Origin: Dehalococcoidia bacterium
Lineage (GTDB): Bacteria; Chloroflexota; Dehalococcoidia; Lucifugimonadales; UBA3495
Length of the DNA: 64,000 nucleotides
Assembly (NCBI GenBank): GCA_965261885.1
Contig: CBDHDY010000034.1
Location: forward strand, 19,474 to 83,473
Reading direction: 5' to 3'
The translations under genes were made by a program, and so were the position numbers. The notes beneath the pieces are model-generated. The model did not search any database and was not told the DNA's origin. It saw only the letters and a list, made by a program, of their open reading frames with translations. The first letter of the stretch is position 1; each line of letters starts with the position of its first letter. Positions 20,152-29,449 of this stretch are shown here, piece by piece.

Positions 20152-21084
20152 TCAGAGGACCGAGATTGCTTCCTCGGCGATGCTGGTTGTGACTATCTTG
20201 TCGTAGGGCTGCCTTTCGCGGCACATTCCCGCTGCCAGCAAGATGTCGTGCAGGGTCTCGAATTCCGGTTGCGCCAGAACCGGGCTTTCGGGCCACTGCT
20301 CCTGTTCCCTGTACCGGGCGATAGAGGCGGCCAGAATTTCCTGTGACGTGTCGTGGAAGAACTCCCCGACAGCCGCAGCAATTTCGGACGGGCTGGAGGA
20401 ACCCAGCCAGCGCAGGGCCCGTGCGAATCCCAGTGTGAAGCGTTCTGCCGTCTCTGTCCGCTCGTTCAAGAACCTGTGGGTCGCAGCAAAAGAACTGTAA
20501 GCCAAATGGCCGTTTTCGGGCCCCAGTGCCGCCAGCAGGTGTCCGGCGCCGTCGGCTATGAGTTGCTGCACCACCGGCTCGGCGACGTGTACATACTCCG
20601 CCTCCCCCGACCGAAAGGCAGCCACAGCCTCGCTCAGTGAGAGGCCGGTCAGCAAGTCCAGGTCTGACGGCTCAAGGCCGTGCCGTCGCAGCGCATATTG
20701 TAAGGATGCCCACGGCATTGGTGAGAATCCAACTGGAATCACCCTGGCTCCCCGAAGGGTCTCCCACTCAAAGACCATCTGAGGCGCCCTGCCCAGGATA
20801 AAGAAACCGTCCCGGGAGTTGATCTTGGCAAAATGCAGGGGAACGGTTTCTGCGCCCCAGTCCGACGCGATAATGCAGCGCATGATCCCGCTCTGAACGA
20901 TGTCGGCCGCATCATGATGCAGGGCGCTCAGAGGGTGTGGGAATTGCGGAGGACAGGTGCTGAACTCCACGTCTAGCCCTTCCCTCTCCAGGAATCCGCC
21001 AGCCACCGAAACGTAGATTGGCGTGTAGAAGATGGAGCGCCAGGTCTCCATCAGCCGCAGGGGTTGTCTTCCGCCGATAGTCAT
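20152..21084 (-). CDS. NMT1/THI5-like (SsuA-type) substrate-binding protein
   Basis: RSIFYTPIYV, INSRDGFF, EPVVQQL; no cognate permease adjacent. Confidence 0.75.
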   Translation of the reverse strand: MTIGGRQPLRLMETWRSIFYTPIYVSVAGGFLEREGLDVEFSTCPPQFPHPLSALHHDAADIVQSGIMRCIIASDWGAETVPLHFAKINSRDGFFILGRAPQMVFEWETLRGARVIPVGFSPMPWASLQYALRRHGLEPSDLDLLTGLSLSEAVAAFRSGEAEYVHVAEPVVQQLIADGAGHLLAALGPENGHLAYSSFAATHRFLNERTETAERFTLGFARALRWLGSSSPSEIAAAVGEFFHDTSQEILAASIARYREQEQWPESPVLAQPEFETLHDILLAAGMCRERQPYDKIVTTSIAEEAISVL

Positions 21085-21088
21085 TGCG

Positions 21089-21436
21089 TCAAGGCTCCTG
21101 CACCTTTTCCAGATTTTCGATCAGCCGGTCGCCGTACCTGGAGGCATCCCGCGGCGGTTTCTCTCTGCACCGCCAGACGTCAGAGAGATCCATTCCGATC
21201 GCATACCGATAGCCAGGATCGTCTTCGAATCCCTCAATCGCGTCAGAGAGGAGAGGCCAGTCAACGCCCTCCCAGTCCACCGACTCCGGACCAACCCTGG
21301 CCTCGAGAAAGCTTGGGTTCCTCCGAGTCCTGGTGACTATTCGGTCGGCAAGGGTACGATGGTCTCGTCTGCCCCACAAGCCAAGCCCCAAGATATGAGC
21401 AAGACCAGAAACAAGCTCGGCAGTGGTGCACTCCAA
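21089..21436 (-). CDS. Hypothetical protein
   Basis: Fills the gap between co-oriented genes; no recognised motif. Confidence 0.4.
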   Translation of the reverse strand: MECTTAELVSGLAHILGLGLWGRRDHRTLADRIVTRTRRNPSFLEARVGPESVDWEGVDWPLLSDAIEGFEDDPGYRYAIGMDLSDVWRCREKPPRDASRYGDRLIENLEKVQEP

Positions 21437-21486
21437 ACTCTGCTGCCGGTCCCGCCATTGGGGCCTGGATGGTGTGTTTATTCCGC

Positions 21487-22287
21487 TTATTCCGCCAGGA
21501 AGGGCAGTAGTGCGCCGAGGAAGGCCTCCGGGTCCTCCACCTGCGGTATGTGCCCGATCCCGGGGAGCACCACCTTTCGCGCGTTGACTATGTTGTTGTG
21601 CAGCAGTTCCTCACCGTCTCTCAGGCGGTCGATCTCGCCATAAAGCACCAAGGTCGACGACGCCTTGATCAGCGGCAAACGAGACATAATGTCATACCAC
21701 GACAGGGACTCCATCAGCTTGCATACCCACAGCCCGGCCTTGGCCCGGCTGGCGTTGTTCCTGTCCAGCCATTCCTCCCTGGGTTCGGCGAAAGTGGTGC
21801 CGTCCTTCAGGTCCTGCAGAGTGCGCGGTTTGGGCAGGCCGTCAGCGTCGTACTGTGCCATTGTGTCGGCGAGCCGTTCTTTTGCATTGAAGGCGCTCCA
21901 GACCGGTGCGCCCACCAGCGTGAGCTTGTCCACGCGGTCGGGGAAGCTGGCGGCGGTCTCCGTGGCCAGCACAGCCCCCACCGAGTTGCCTACGATATGA
22001 GCCCGGTGGATGTTCAGCACCTGGCAGGCCTCGTCGAGAGCGTGGGCGTAGTCCGGCATGTTGAAATGCCGCTGGGGCTTGTCAGAATCGCCGTGTCCCA
22101 GCATGTCGAAGGCATAGACCGTGTAATTCTGGCTGATGGCGTCGATCACGTACTCCCAGGTCCAGACCGACGTGCCGAGCGGATGAAGCAGTACCACTGG
22201 ATAGCCTGCGCCCTTCTTTACGAAGTGCATGTTGCCCTCGGCTGTGGGGACGCTGTCGGTGAGGTCGCGGCGAACAAACAGTGCCAT
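21487..22287 (-). CDS. Alpha/beta hydrolase
   Basis: [19 protein letters not shown] nucleophile elbow, GHIPQVE. Confidence 0.9.
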   Translation of the reverse strand: MALFVRRDLTDSVPTAEGNMHFVKKGAGYPVVLLHPLGTSVWTWEYVIDAISQNYTVYAFDMLGHGDSDKPQRHFNMPDYAHALDEACQVLNIHRAHIVGNSVGAVLATETAASFPDRVDKLTLVGAPVWSAFNAKERLADTMAQYDADGLPKPRTLQDLKDGTTFAEPREEWLDRNNASRAKAGLWVCKLMESLSWYDIMSRLPLIKASSTLVLYGEIDRLRDGEELLHNNIVNARKVVLPGIGHIPQVEDPEAFLGALLPFLAE

Positions 22288-22364
22288 GGGGCCTCCTCTA
22301 TCAGCTTAATTCTTGGTTCTATGGGTGGTGCGGCTTTGCGGAAGCCGTTCGAGCAAATGGTATC

Positions 22365-23120
22365 ATGATGCGTACGTCCCCGCAGCCCGCTTTGGTGCCC
22401 TTGCCGGACAGGCGTCAGCGTTTGAACGACTACTATTCCATACTGGGCGTTACGCCATCCGCCACAGTGGATGAAATCCGCCGGGCGTTCCGTCGTCTTG
22501 CGCGCAGGTACCATCCCGATGTGAACCCTGATCCGGACGCGTCCGAGAGGTTCCACGAGATCAATACTGCCTATCGGACTCTGGCAGACCCTTCACGCAG
22601 GGCGGAATATGATGCAAATCGAGATAGCGGGGTCGCATCTCGTTCAGGGTCTGGTCCGGAAGGGCAACAGAATGTCCGCCGCTTCTATTTTCAGAGGCGC
22701 GTGCGGGCGGCCACCGATCCGCGTGCCACGTGGAATTACTACGACATTCTGGGTGTTCAGCCCAACGCCCCCGAACAGACCATTGTCAGGGCCTACCAGA
22801 GGTTGTATCGGGAGTTCTATCCTGGCAGAGAACACGATCCTGGAACCGCGGCCATTCTCCAGGAAATAGCTGAGGCTCGGGATGTCCTCATCGACCCGGA
22901 GAGGCGGCTCGCCTACGACCGCCTGCCTCCGGATCAGCAGCCACCCGGGCGGCCGCGAACATACGATTCAAAAGCAGATCGCCCCAATTCGTCGAACTTC
23001 AGGGGCAGGCGAAGGACGGGGTTCCTCTTCAAAACCCTGTTGCATCCGGCGGTCGTCCTGGCCACTTCGATCCGCCGAATTCTAGCGGCCCGAAGAGCGG
23101 GTGCTGGTCTGAGGAAATGA
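22365..23120 (+). CDS. Protein with two tandem J domains (second degenerate)
   Basis: [18 protein letters not shown] and [17 protein letters not shown]; start uncertain. Confidence 0.8.
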   Translation: MMRTSPQPALVPLPDRRQRLNDYYSILGVTPSATVDEIRRAFRRLARRYHPDVNPDPDASERFHEINTAYRTLADPSRRAEYDANRDSGVASRSGSGPEGQQNVRRFYFQRRVRAATDPRATWNYYDILGVQPNAPEQTIVRAYQRLYREFYPGREHDPGTAAILQEIAEARDVLIDPERRLAYDRLPPDQQPPGRPRTYDSKADRPNSSNFRGRRRTGFLFKTLLHPAVVLATSIRRILAARRAGAGLRK

Positions 23121-23228
23121 TAGCCGTGACGCATCGGGTTTGACCTACTCACCTTTGGTGTGCCAGAATTCTGTATAGGAATGGTGAGAACATACTATCG
23201 ATGACCGCGGAGGCGACTGAGGGCTGAG

Positions 23229-24737
23229 GTGCGAGAACCCGTTTGGACGAGAGACCGGTTGCGTCGCTTGGTCAACAGGGAGATAGGCGACTATCGGATC
23301 ATAGTGGTTTCCAACCGTCAACCGTATGTCCATGAACTGGTCGACGGTGAGTTGCGAGTAACCACGCCCGCTGGGGGGGTTACGACTGCGATTGATCCTC
23401 TGATGCAGGAGTGCACGGGAACCTGGATCGCCCACGGCGGTGGCGCAGGAGATTACCTGGCGGTCGACGAGCGAAACAGGGTCATGGTACCTCCGGACGA
23501 CCCCTCCTACACCCTGCGGCTGGTATGGCTGAACGATGAGGAACAGCGCGGCTACTACTACGGGGTCTCCAACGACGGTCTCTGGCCCCTCTGCCACAAT
23601 GCATTCATAGAACCTACCTTCGATCAATCCGACTGGGAAACATACACTGCGGTAAACCGGAGATTTGCCAGCCAGGTGCTCGAGGAGATAGACGGACGCC
23701 CGGCAGCCGTGTTCATACAGGACTACCATCTGGCCCTGCTCCCACGGTTTCTGCGCGAGGTTGACCAGGACGTAATTACCGGGCAATTCTGGCACATTCC
23801 TTGGCCAAATTACGAAATTTTCCGCATTTGCCCCTGGCAGGAGGAGTTGCTGGACGGCCTGTTGGGCAACGACATGCTCGGCTTTCACCTCGGAGACCAC
23901 TGCAACAACTTCATGGAGGCCGCCTCCCGCATCCTGGGCGCCCGAGTTAACGAAGAGTACAGCCTGGTTTACCACCGCGATGATTCCACTTTTGTCCGCC
24001 CTGTCCCCATCAGCGTGGACTTCCATCAGCTGGAGACCGAGGCCCAGAGCCCAGAGGTTTCGGCGGAGATGGAGCGTCTGACCGCCGAGTGGGGCCTTGA
24101 GGACAAGATAGTGGGCCTGGGTATAGACCGCATCGACTACACCAAGGGTATTCCCCATCGTATCCGCGCCATCGGGCGATTCCTTGAGGAGAATCCCAAG
24201 TACATTGGCAAGGTGGTTTTCATTCAGGCAGGGGTGATGAGCCGGACCAACATCATCGCGTACCAGGAATTGGCGGACCAGATCGAACGGCTTCTGGACG
24301 ACGTAAACGGCCGGTTCGCCACTGACGACTGGCAGCCGATAATGTACATGCCCACAGACCTGCCGAACCTGACACTGATGGCCCTCCGTCGCCTGGCCCA
24401 GTTCTGCGTGGTGAGTTCGCTGCACGACGGTATGAACCTGGTTGCCAAGGAGTACGTTGCCAGCCGCTTCGATCACGACGGCGTGCTGATCCTCAGTCCA
24501 TTCACCGGCGCGGCACTGGAATTGACCGACGCACTGATCGTAAACCCTTACGATGTGAAAAAGTTCGGGGACTCCATCCGCCAGGCGGTGGAGATGCCCC
24601 GGATGGAGCGCCAGATGCGAATGGCCAACATGAGGGCGGTTGTGCAGGAAAACAATATATACAAGTGGGCCGCCCGTTCGCTCGTTGACATGATGCAGGT
24701 GGGCCGACGCGCCCGGCGCCCGATTCGCAGCGCCTGA
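23229..24737 (+). CDS. otsA: Trehalose-6-phosphate synthase
   Basis: VSNRQP, LWPLCH, QDYHL, FWHIPWP, DRIDYTKGI, DGMNLVAKEY. Confidence 0.95.
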   Translation: MREPVWTRDRLRRLVNREIGDYRIIVVSNRQPYVHELVDGELRVTTPAGGVTTAIDPLMQECTGTWIAHGGGAGDYLAVDERNRVMVPPDDPSYTLRLVWLNDEEQRGYYYGVSNDGLWPLCHNAFIEPTFDQSDWETYTAVNRRFASQVLEEIDGRPAAVFIQDYHLALLPRFLREVDQDVITGQFWHIPWPNYEIFRICPWQEELLDGLLGNDMLGFHLGDHCNNFMEAASRILGARVNEEYSLVYHRDDSTFVRPVPISVDFHQLETEAQSPEVSAEMERLTAEWGLEDKIVGLGIDRIDYTKGIPHRIRAIGRFLEENPKYIGKVVFIQAGVMSRTNIIAYQELADQIERLLDDVNGRFATDDWQPIMYMPTDLPNLTLMALRRLAQFCVVSSLHDGMNLVAKEYVASRFDHDGVLILSPFTGAALELTDALIVNPYDVKKFGDSIRQAVEMPRMERQMRMANMRAVVQENNIYKWAARSLVDMMQVGRRARRPIRSA

Positions 24738-24813
24738 CCGGGCCTGGCTGTCAGACATTGCCGCCGCTGCCCTGTCCCCGAACGATGAGGGCGGATGTGA
24801 GCAGAAGTACGAA

Positions 24814-25602
24814 ATGGCGCACCTCCTCAACATCTGGCCTTCTGTCCGCGCACGCCTGCGACGCTACGGGAGGGTGCTGCTGCTGTTCGACTACGATGGC
24901 ACCCTCACGCCTATAGTCAAGAGGCCCGGGGACGCGCTCCTCTCAGGCGAGGTCCGCAAGCTGCTGGAGTCGCTGGCTGCCCAACCACGATACGTTGTTG
25001 GTATCGTCAGTGGCCGCAGCCTGGCTGATCTGTCCACTATCGCCGACATTCCCGGTCTGATCCATGCCGGGAATCACGGGATGGAGATCCGCGGACACGG
25101 GATGGACTTTGTCCACCCTGGGGCAGTGGCAGCCCGCGAACACCTGGACTATGCTGAGAAGCGACTGGCGGCGTTGTTGGTCGACACCCCGGGTGTCATT
25201 GTTGAGCACAAGGGCCTGACACTGACTGTGCATTACCGTGCCGCCGCCGAGTGGCGCGTCGCCGGTATTGAATCTTCCGTTGCTGCTGCGGCCGCGCCTT
25301 ACGTCGAAAGCGGCGATATTCGCCTGACCCAGGGAAAGATGGTGGTGGAGGTACGCCCCGCCATCTCGTGGGACAAGGGCAGGGCCATAGAGAAAATCCG
25401 GGACGAGTGTGGAGACGTGCCCTTTCCGGTCTATTTCGGCGACGACAGGACCGACGAGGACGGATTCAGAGTGGTGCAGGATATGGGCGGTATTGCCGTG
25501 TTCATTGGCGATGTTCGCCAAGGCACCGTGGCGTTGCATCAGCTGGAATCGCCTCGGGAGGTGGCGGAAACTCTGCGGCTACTTGCGGAGGACGCTACCT
25601 AG
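24814..25602 (+). CDS. otsB: Trehalose-6-phosphate phosphatase
   Basis: DYDGTLTPI, SGR, HYR, WDKG, GDDRTDEDGF. Confidence 0.95.
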   Translation: MAHLLNIWPSVRARLRRYGRVLLLFDYDGTLTPIVKRPGDALLSGEVRKLLESLAAQPRYVVGIVSGRSLADLSTIADIPGLIHAGNHGMEIRGHGMDFVHPGAVAAREHLDYAEKRLAALLVDTPGVIVEHKGLTLTVHYRAAAEWRVAGIESSVAAAAAPYVESGDIRLTQGKMVVEVRPAISWDKGRAIEKIRDECGDVPFPVYFGDDRTDEDGFRVVQDMGGIAVFIGDVRQGTVALHQLESPREVAETLRLLAEDAT

Positions 25603-25640
25603 GCGTTCCCGACAGTCCGTTTTCGCTTGGCTGTACAAGT

Positions 25641-26096
25641 CTATTTGCCCATCCCCTGCTCGATCTCTCCTACCTTGCCGATCCGACGGAGAAAACGTTC
25701 TTCCGGGGTGAAGCTGGCGCCAAGGAACGCTGAGATCACCTCTTTGGCAGTCTCTATTCCAATCACCCGGCCTCCGAGGCACAGGACGTTCATATCATTG
25801 TGCTCCACCCCCTGCCTGGCGGTGTAGGTATCGTGACACAGGGCCGCACGAACCCCGCTAACCTTGTTGGAGGCTATGGTGGCGCCGACACCGCTGCCGC
25901 AGATCATAACGCCGCGCTCAGCTTCGCCGACGTTCAGCGTTTTGCCCAATGCCGCAGCGAAGTCGGGAAAGTCGTCGGCCGGATCAAGGGAGTGTGCACC
26001 TACGTCCACGACATCATACCCGGCATCCTGCAGCCAAGGTACTATCTGCAATTTCAGGTCGAAACCGGCGTGATCGGCACCTATGGCGAGCTTCAT
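25641..26096 (-). CDS. rpiB: Ribose-5-phosphate isomerase B
   Basis: GADHAG, CGSGVG, NKVSGVRA, HNDMNVLCLG. Confidence 0.95.
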   Translation of the reverse strand: MKLAIGADHAGFDLKLQIVPWLQDAGYDVVDVGAHSLDPADDFPDFAAALGKTLNVGEAERGVMICGSGVGATIASNKVSGVRAALCHDTYTARQGVEHNDMNVLCLGGRVIGIETAKEVISAFLGASFTPEERFLRRIGKVGEIEQGMGK

Positions 26097-26698
26097 GTGC
26101 TTTGCTGTCCTATTTTTGCTCTGATGTGGGCCACCCCGCCCACGTCAAGAATAATTATCAGGTATCTTGCTGCCAATGCCTAGCATTGCTATGCATTGGC
26201 CTGAAATCCGCGTAACACCGTTGAATCTCCCCTGAACTACGAGTCGCGGACGGGACGAGCATGACCGGGTCTTGAACGGACGACGGCGAAAATCGCGCCT
26301 GGGTACGCCAACATGCGACCACCCAGTCTCGCGTTCCCCGGCGACCCGGGCGCCATACCTGGGACACGCCCCCGGCCAGTATACCGGGTCGGGACGCCAC
26401 CGTTGTCTTCGGTCGAAGCCGCGTGAGCGGCACGAGTCTGTCTGCCAGTATGTCGGAGCTTGCTGTGTTGGTAAACCAGGAATTGTCCAGTCTGGCATAG
26501 CGGCCGCAGAACAGCTGCGAACGTCGCACTCCCAATCTGTCCTGGTCTAACCAGGATGCCGCAGACCATCCGGCATGCACCCATGTTGGCAGGTCTGGCG
26601 GTGAATTTGATGCCTGTGTAACTCGCAGTCGCGTCAAACCCCGCTCCGTGTTAGACTGGCTAATCTTCCGCCGGTACTCCTTCTATCTGGGCAATTGA

Positions 26699-27418
26699 AT
26701 GATCAAGGTAATCACGTTCGACTTTTACAACACCCTCGTCAAATTCTGGCCGCCTCTGGAGGAAATCCAGACGGCTGCCTGCTTTGCCAAGGGGATAACC
26801 GTCTCACGGGAGGCCATCAGGGGAGGCTACGCCAAGGCCGACATACTTTTCAACAGGGCAAACGAAGAGGAGCCTTTGTCCCTGAGATCTCCGGAACGCC
26901 GCCTCGAGTTTTTTTCGGAGTACGAGCAGCTGATCCTGGAAACTGCGGGAATTCCGGTTTCAAAGCAGTTGGCGCGGCAGATATGGGAATTGGCCATAGC
27001 TGTGCCCAAGCAATTCATGCCCTTCGAAGACACTCTTCCCTCGCTGAAAGCCCTGCGAGAGCGGTCCTACAAGCTGGGAGTCATCACAAACCTGCGCGCA
27101 GACCTGGTCCCGCTGGTTAAGCAGGCCGGGCTTGAGCATTTCTTGGATTTTTGCGTAAATTCCACCTTGGCCGGTTCCGAAAAACCCCATCCGCCCATCT
27201 TCAATGAGGCGCTTCGCCGGGCTGATGTCCACCCGGGCGAGGTGCTCCACATCGGCGATCAGGTGCGATCTGACGTTGCTGGCGCCCGCGCCATGGGGAT
27301 GTACGCCGCGCTGCTTGACCGGGGAGGCTGGCATGAACCGGTGGACGGCTGTCCGAAGATTTCCAGTCTCAGTGAAATCGCCGGGCTACTGGAAGCGGAA
27401 GGCAGTCATTTTGTCTGA
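26699..27418 (+). CDS. HAD-superfamily hydrolase
   Basis: FDFYNTL, ITN, EKPHPPIF, HIGDQVRSDVAGA. Confidence 0.9.
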   Translation: MIKVITFDFYNTLVKFWPPLEEIQTAACFAKGITVSREAIRGGYAKADILFNRANEEEPLSLRSPERRLEFFSEYEQLILETAGIPVSKQLARQIWELAIAVPKQFMPFEDTLPSLKALRERSYKLGVITNLRADLVPLVKQAGLEHFLDFCVNSTLAGSEKPHPPIFNEALRRADVHPGEVLHIGDQVRSDVAGARAMGMYAALLDRGGWHEPVDGCPKISSLSEIAGLLEAEGSHFV

Positions 27419-27478
27419 TTTTCGGATGACACGGATGACACGAAAGAAGGGACCCAATCGACCGTGAGGAGGGCCACA

Positions 27479-28117
27479 ATGACACAGGAAACTCACAATG
27501 GAGAGCACGACCACTCCGGAGTGCGGGTGGCCGTCTGGTACGACTACATTTGACCTTGGTGCTATATCGGCCTGGAGCGGGTCGACAAGCTGGCCAAGGA
27601 GTTTGATATCGAGGTAGAGGGCCGCGCCTACCTTCTGCGTCCCGATACTCCGAAAGAGGGCGCGGAACGGGGGCCGCGGGCGGGCGAGACCGAGGATGAA
27701 CTGTCGGAACCATTGCGTGGGCAGGCGAGGGAATCGGGCCTTATCATGAAGCCCCCGCCATACACCCCCAACACACTCTACTCATTGGAAGCCACCGAAT
27801 ATGCCCAGCAGCAGGGCAAATTCATGGAATTCCACCACTCAGCCTACAAGGCCTTCTGGGAGGACCGGAAGGATATCGGCCAGATTGAGACGCTGATTGA
27901 GATAGGCAAGGGCGTAGGCCTTGACGGCGACGACATGGCCCGCAGCCTCGAGCAGGGCGAGCACTCGGAGACCGTGATTGCTCAGTACCGCGAAGCGCTG
28001 CAGTACGGCATAAATGGCATTCCGACCTTCCTGGTGGGCAACCTGCTGTTCACCGGCGCGCATCCCTACCCGATCTTCAAGCAAGCCATAGAGCGCTACC
28101 AGCAAAGCCAGCAATAG
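27479..28117 (+). CDS. DsbA/FrnE-family oxidoreductase, predicted selenoprotein (UGA=Sec at 27551-27553)
   Basis: GAGGAGG RBS then ATG 27479; reads VAVWYDYI-TGA-PWCYIG in frame with ORF 27713..28117 (PNT, GINGIPTF, GAHP); stem-loop at 27567-27585. Confidence 0.88.
27567..27585 (+). promoter_or_regulatory. Candidate bacterial SECIS element
   Basis: tcggcct-ggagc-gggtcga hairpin with G-rich apical loop about 20 nt after the in-frame UGA. Confidence 0.65.
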
Positions 28118-28360
28118 GCTTGGACCCCCCGCGGATGCTGACTGCAAATGGGCCGAGGTAGGTGGTCGGCTCTGCGGAAGGGAAGCCGGGTTTCAATGAA
28201 GCGGCCTTGGCGAGTGCCGGTCGATTCACGATGGCGGTTGTGACGGGGTGGTGGTGGCCAAAAAGTGAGTCGCCGCCGCCCCCGCTTTCGACCAGCTGCT
28301 AAAACTTGTTCACCGATGTTTCATGGCTTTGATTTGTCGGCGCTGATGGGGCATACAAGC

Positions 28361-28399
28361 GCCGGGGCCGCGCGATCCTGTCGACTGCGCGGCCCCGGT
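28361..28399. terminator. Strong hairpin downstream of usp / between convergent genes
   Basis: gccggggccgcgc ... gcgcggccccggt. Confidence 0.6.
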
Positions 28400-28422
28400 A
28401 TCTGTTCGCTTGGCACTATGGG

Positions 28423-29394
28423 TTAAGCCGGAACGGGTGATCCGGTCAGTGGAGCCTGCTCCCGGTGGTAAGCGCGGACCAGCAGCACCGGGCCGCCGGA
28501 CTGCCGTACCACTCGCTCTGCAACGCTGCCGAGGATCATTCTCCCCACGCCCGAGCGCCCGTGGGTGGTCATTGCCACCAGGCTGTGCGGATGTGCCGTG
28601 GCCAGGTCGACTATGGAATCCGCTGGAGAACCCTGAATGAGCCTCGCCTCCACGCTGGCAACGCCCTGCTGCTCCAACCTGTGCTTGACTTCGTGTATGT
28701 AGTCTCGGGCCTCGCCTTCCATTCTGTCGGAAAAGGACTGGTAAGACGGAAGAGTGGGAGGGAGCACCCGCAGGCCCATCGACATTGCCTGGTAATATTC
28801 AGCCTCTGACATTGTCACCTGTACAAGGTCGACGGGAATGCCCATCCCGGAGGCCATGTACGACACATGAGGCAGCACCTCCTCGGCCACGTCGGAGCCG
28901 TCAATGGGAACGATCAGCCGCTCCGGGGTCTGCTCCGCAGCAATGGCATGATGGGCTTGGGAGCGAATGAGCAGCAGCGGGTTGTCGGCCATGTGCAGGA
29001 CCTTGTCGGCTACACTGCCCATCCACCATCGGGCCAATCCGGACCGGCCGTGGCTGGACATTGCGATCAGGGTTCCGGGGTCCCCGGTCGCAGCATCGAC
29101 TATGGATTGAGCTGGTTCGCCGCGGGGCACCGCGGTTTCCACTGCAATTCCCCCTCCCCGCATCCTCGCGGCAACGGAGGAGAGGTAATTCTGAGCGTGT
29201 TCAGCGCGATGGGATTCCGTTTCGTGGGAATGCAATTCCGGGTTCAGATAATGGCCGATGCTGGGATGGCCAGATTCGATGGCCATGAGCAGGTCGATGG
29301 GCAGAGATAGCCGTGATGCAAAGGCTCGCGCGTGAGGGACAACCTGTTCCGAAACGTCCGAACCGTCAAGAGCCACGAGAATCCTAGTGTACAT
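28423..29394 (-). CDS. Universal stress protein (tandem Usp domains)
   Basis: Two repeats ILV.LDGS ... MSSHGRSG..GSVADKV / MTTHGRSG..GSVAERV. Confidence 0.93.
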   Translation of the reverse strand: MYTRILVALDGSDVSEQVVPHARAFASRLSLPIDLLMAIESGHPSIGHYLNPELHSHETESHRAEHAQNYLSSVAARMRGGGIAVETAVPRGEPAQSIVDAATGDPGTLIAMSSHGRSGLARWWMGSVADKVLHMADNPLLLIRSQAHHAIAAEQTPERLIVPIDGSDVAEEVLPHVSYMASGMGIPVDLVQVTMSEAEYYQAMSMGLRVLPPTLPSYQSFSDRMEGEARDYIHEVKHRLEQQGVASVEARLIQGSPADSIVDLATAHPHSLVAMTTHGRSGVGRMILGSVAERVVRQSGGPVLLVRAYHREQAPLTGSPVPA

Positions 29395-29449
29395 TGCAGC
29401 CTGTCACACCTCTTTCGAATCTTCCGCCCCTGACAGCATCTCAGGGCGC

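Noticed and set aside
26145-26637. Protein-coding ORFs between rpiB and the HAD gene
   Set aside because: Several overlapping Arg/Pro-rich ORFs with no motif or clear RBS; likely spurious.
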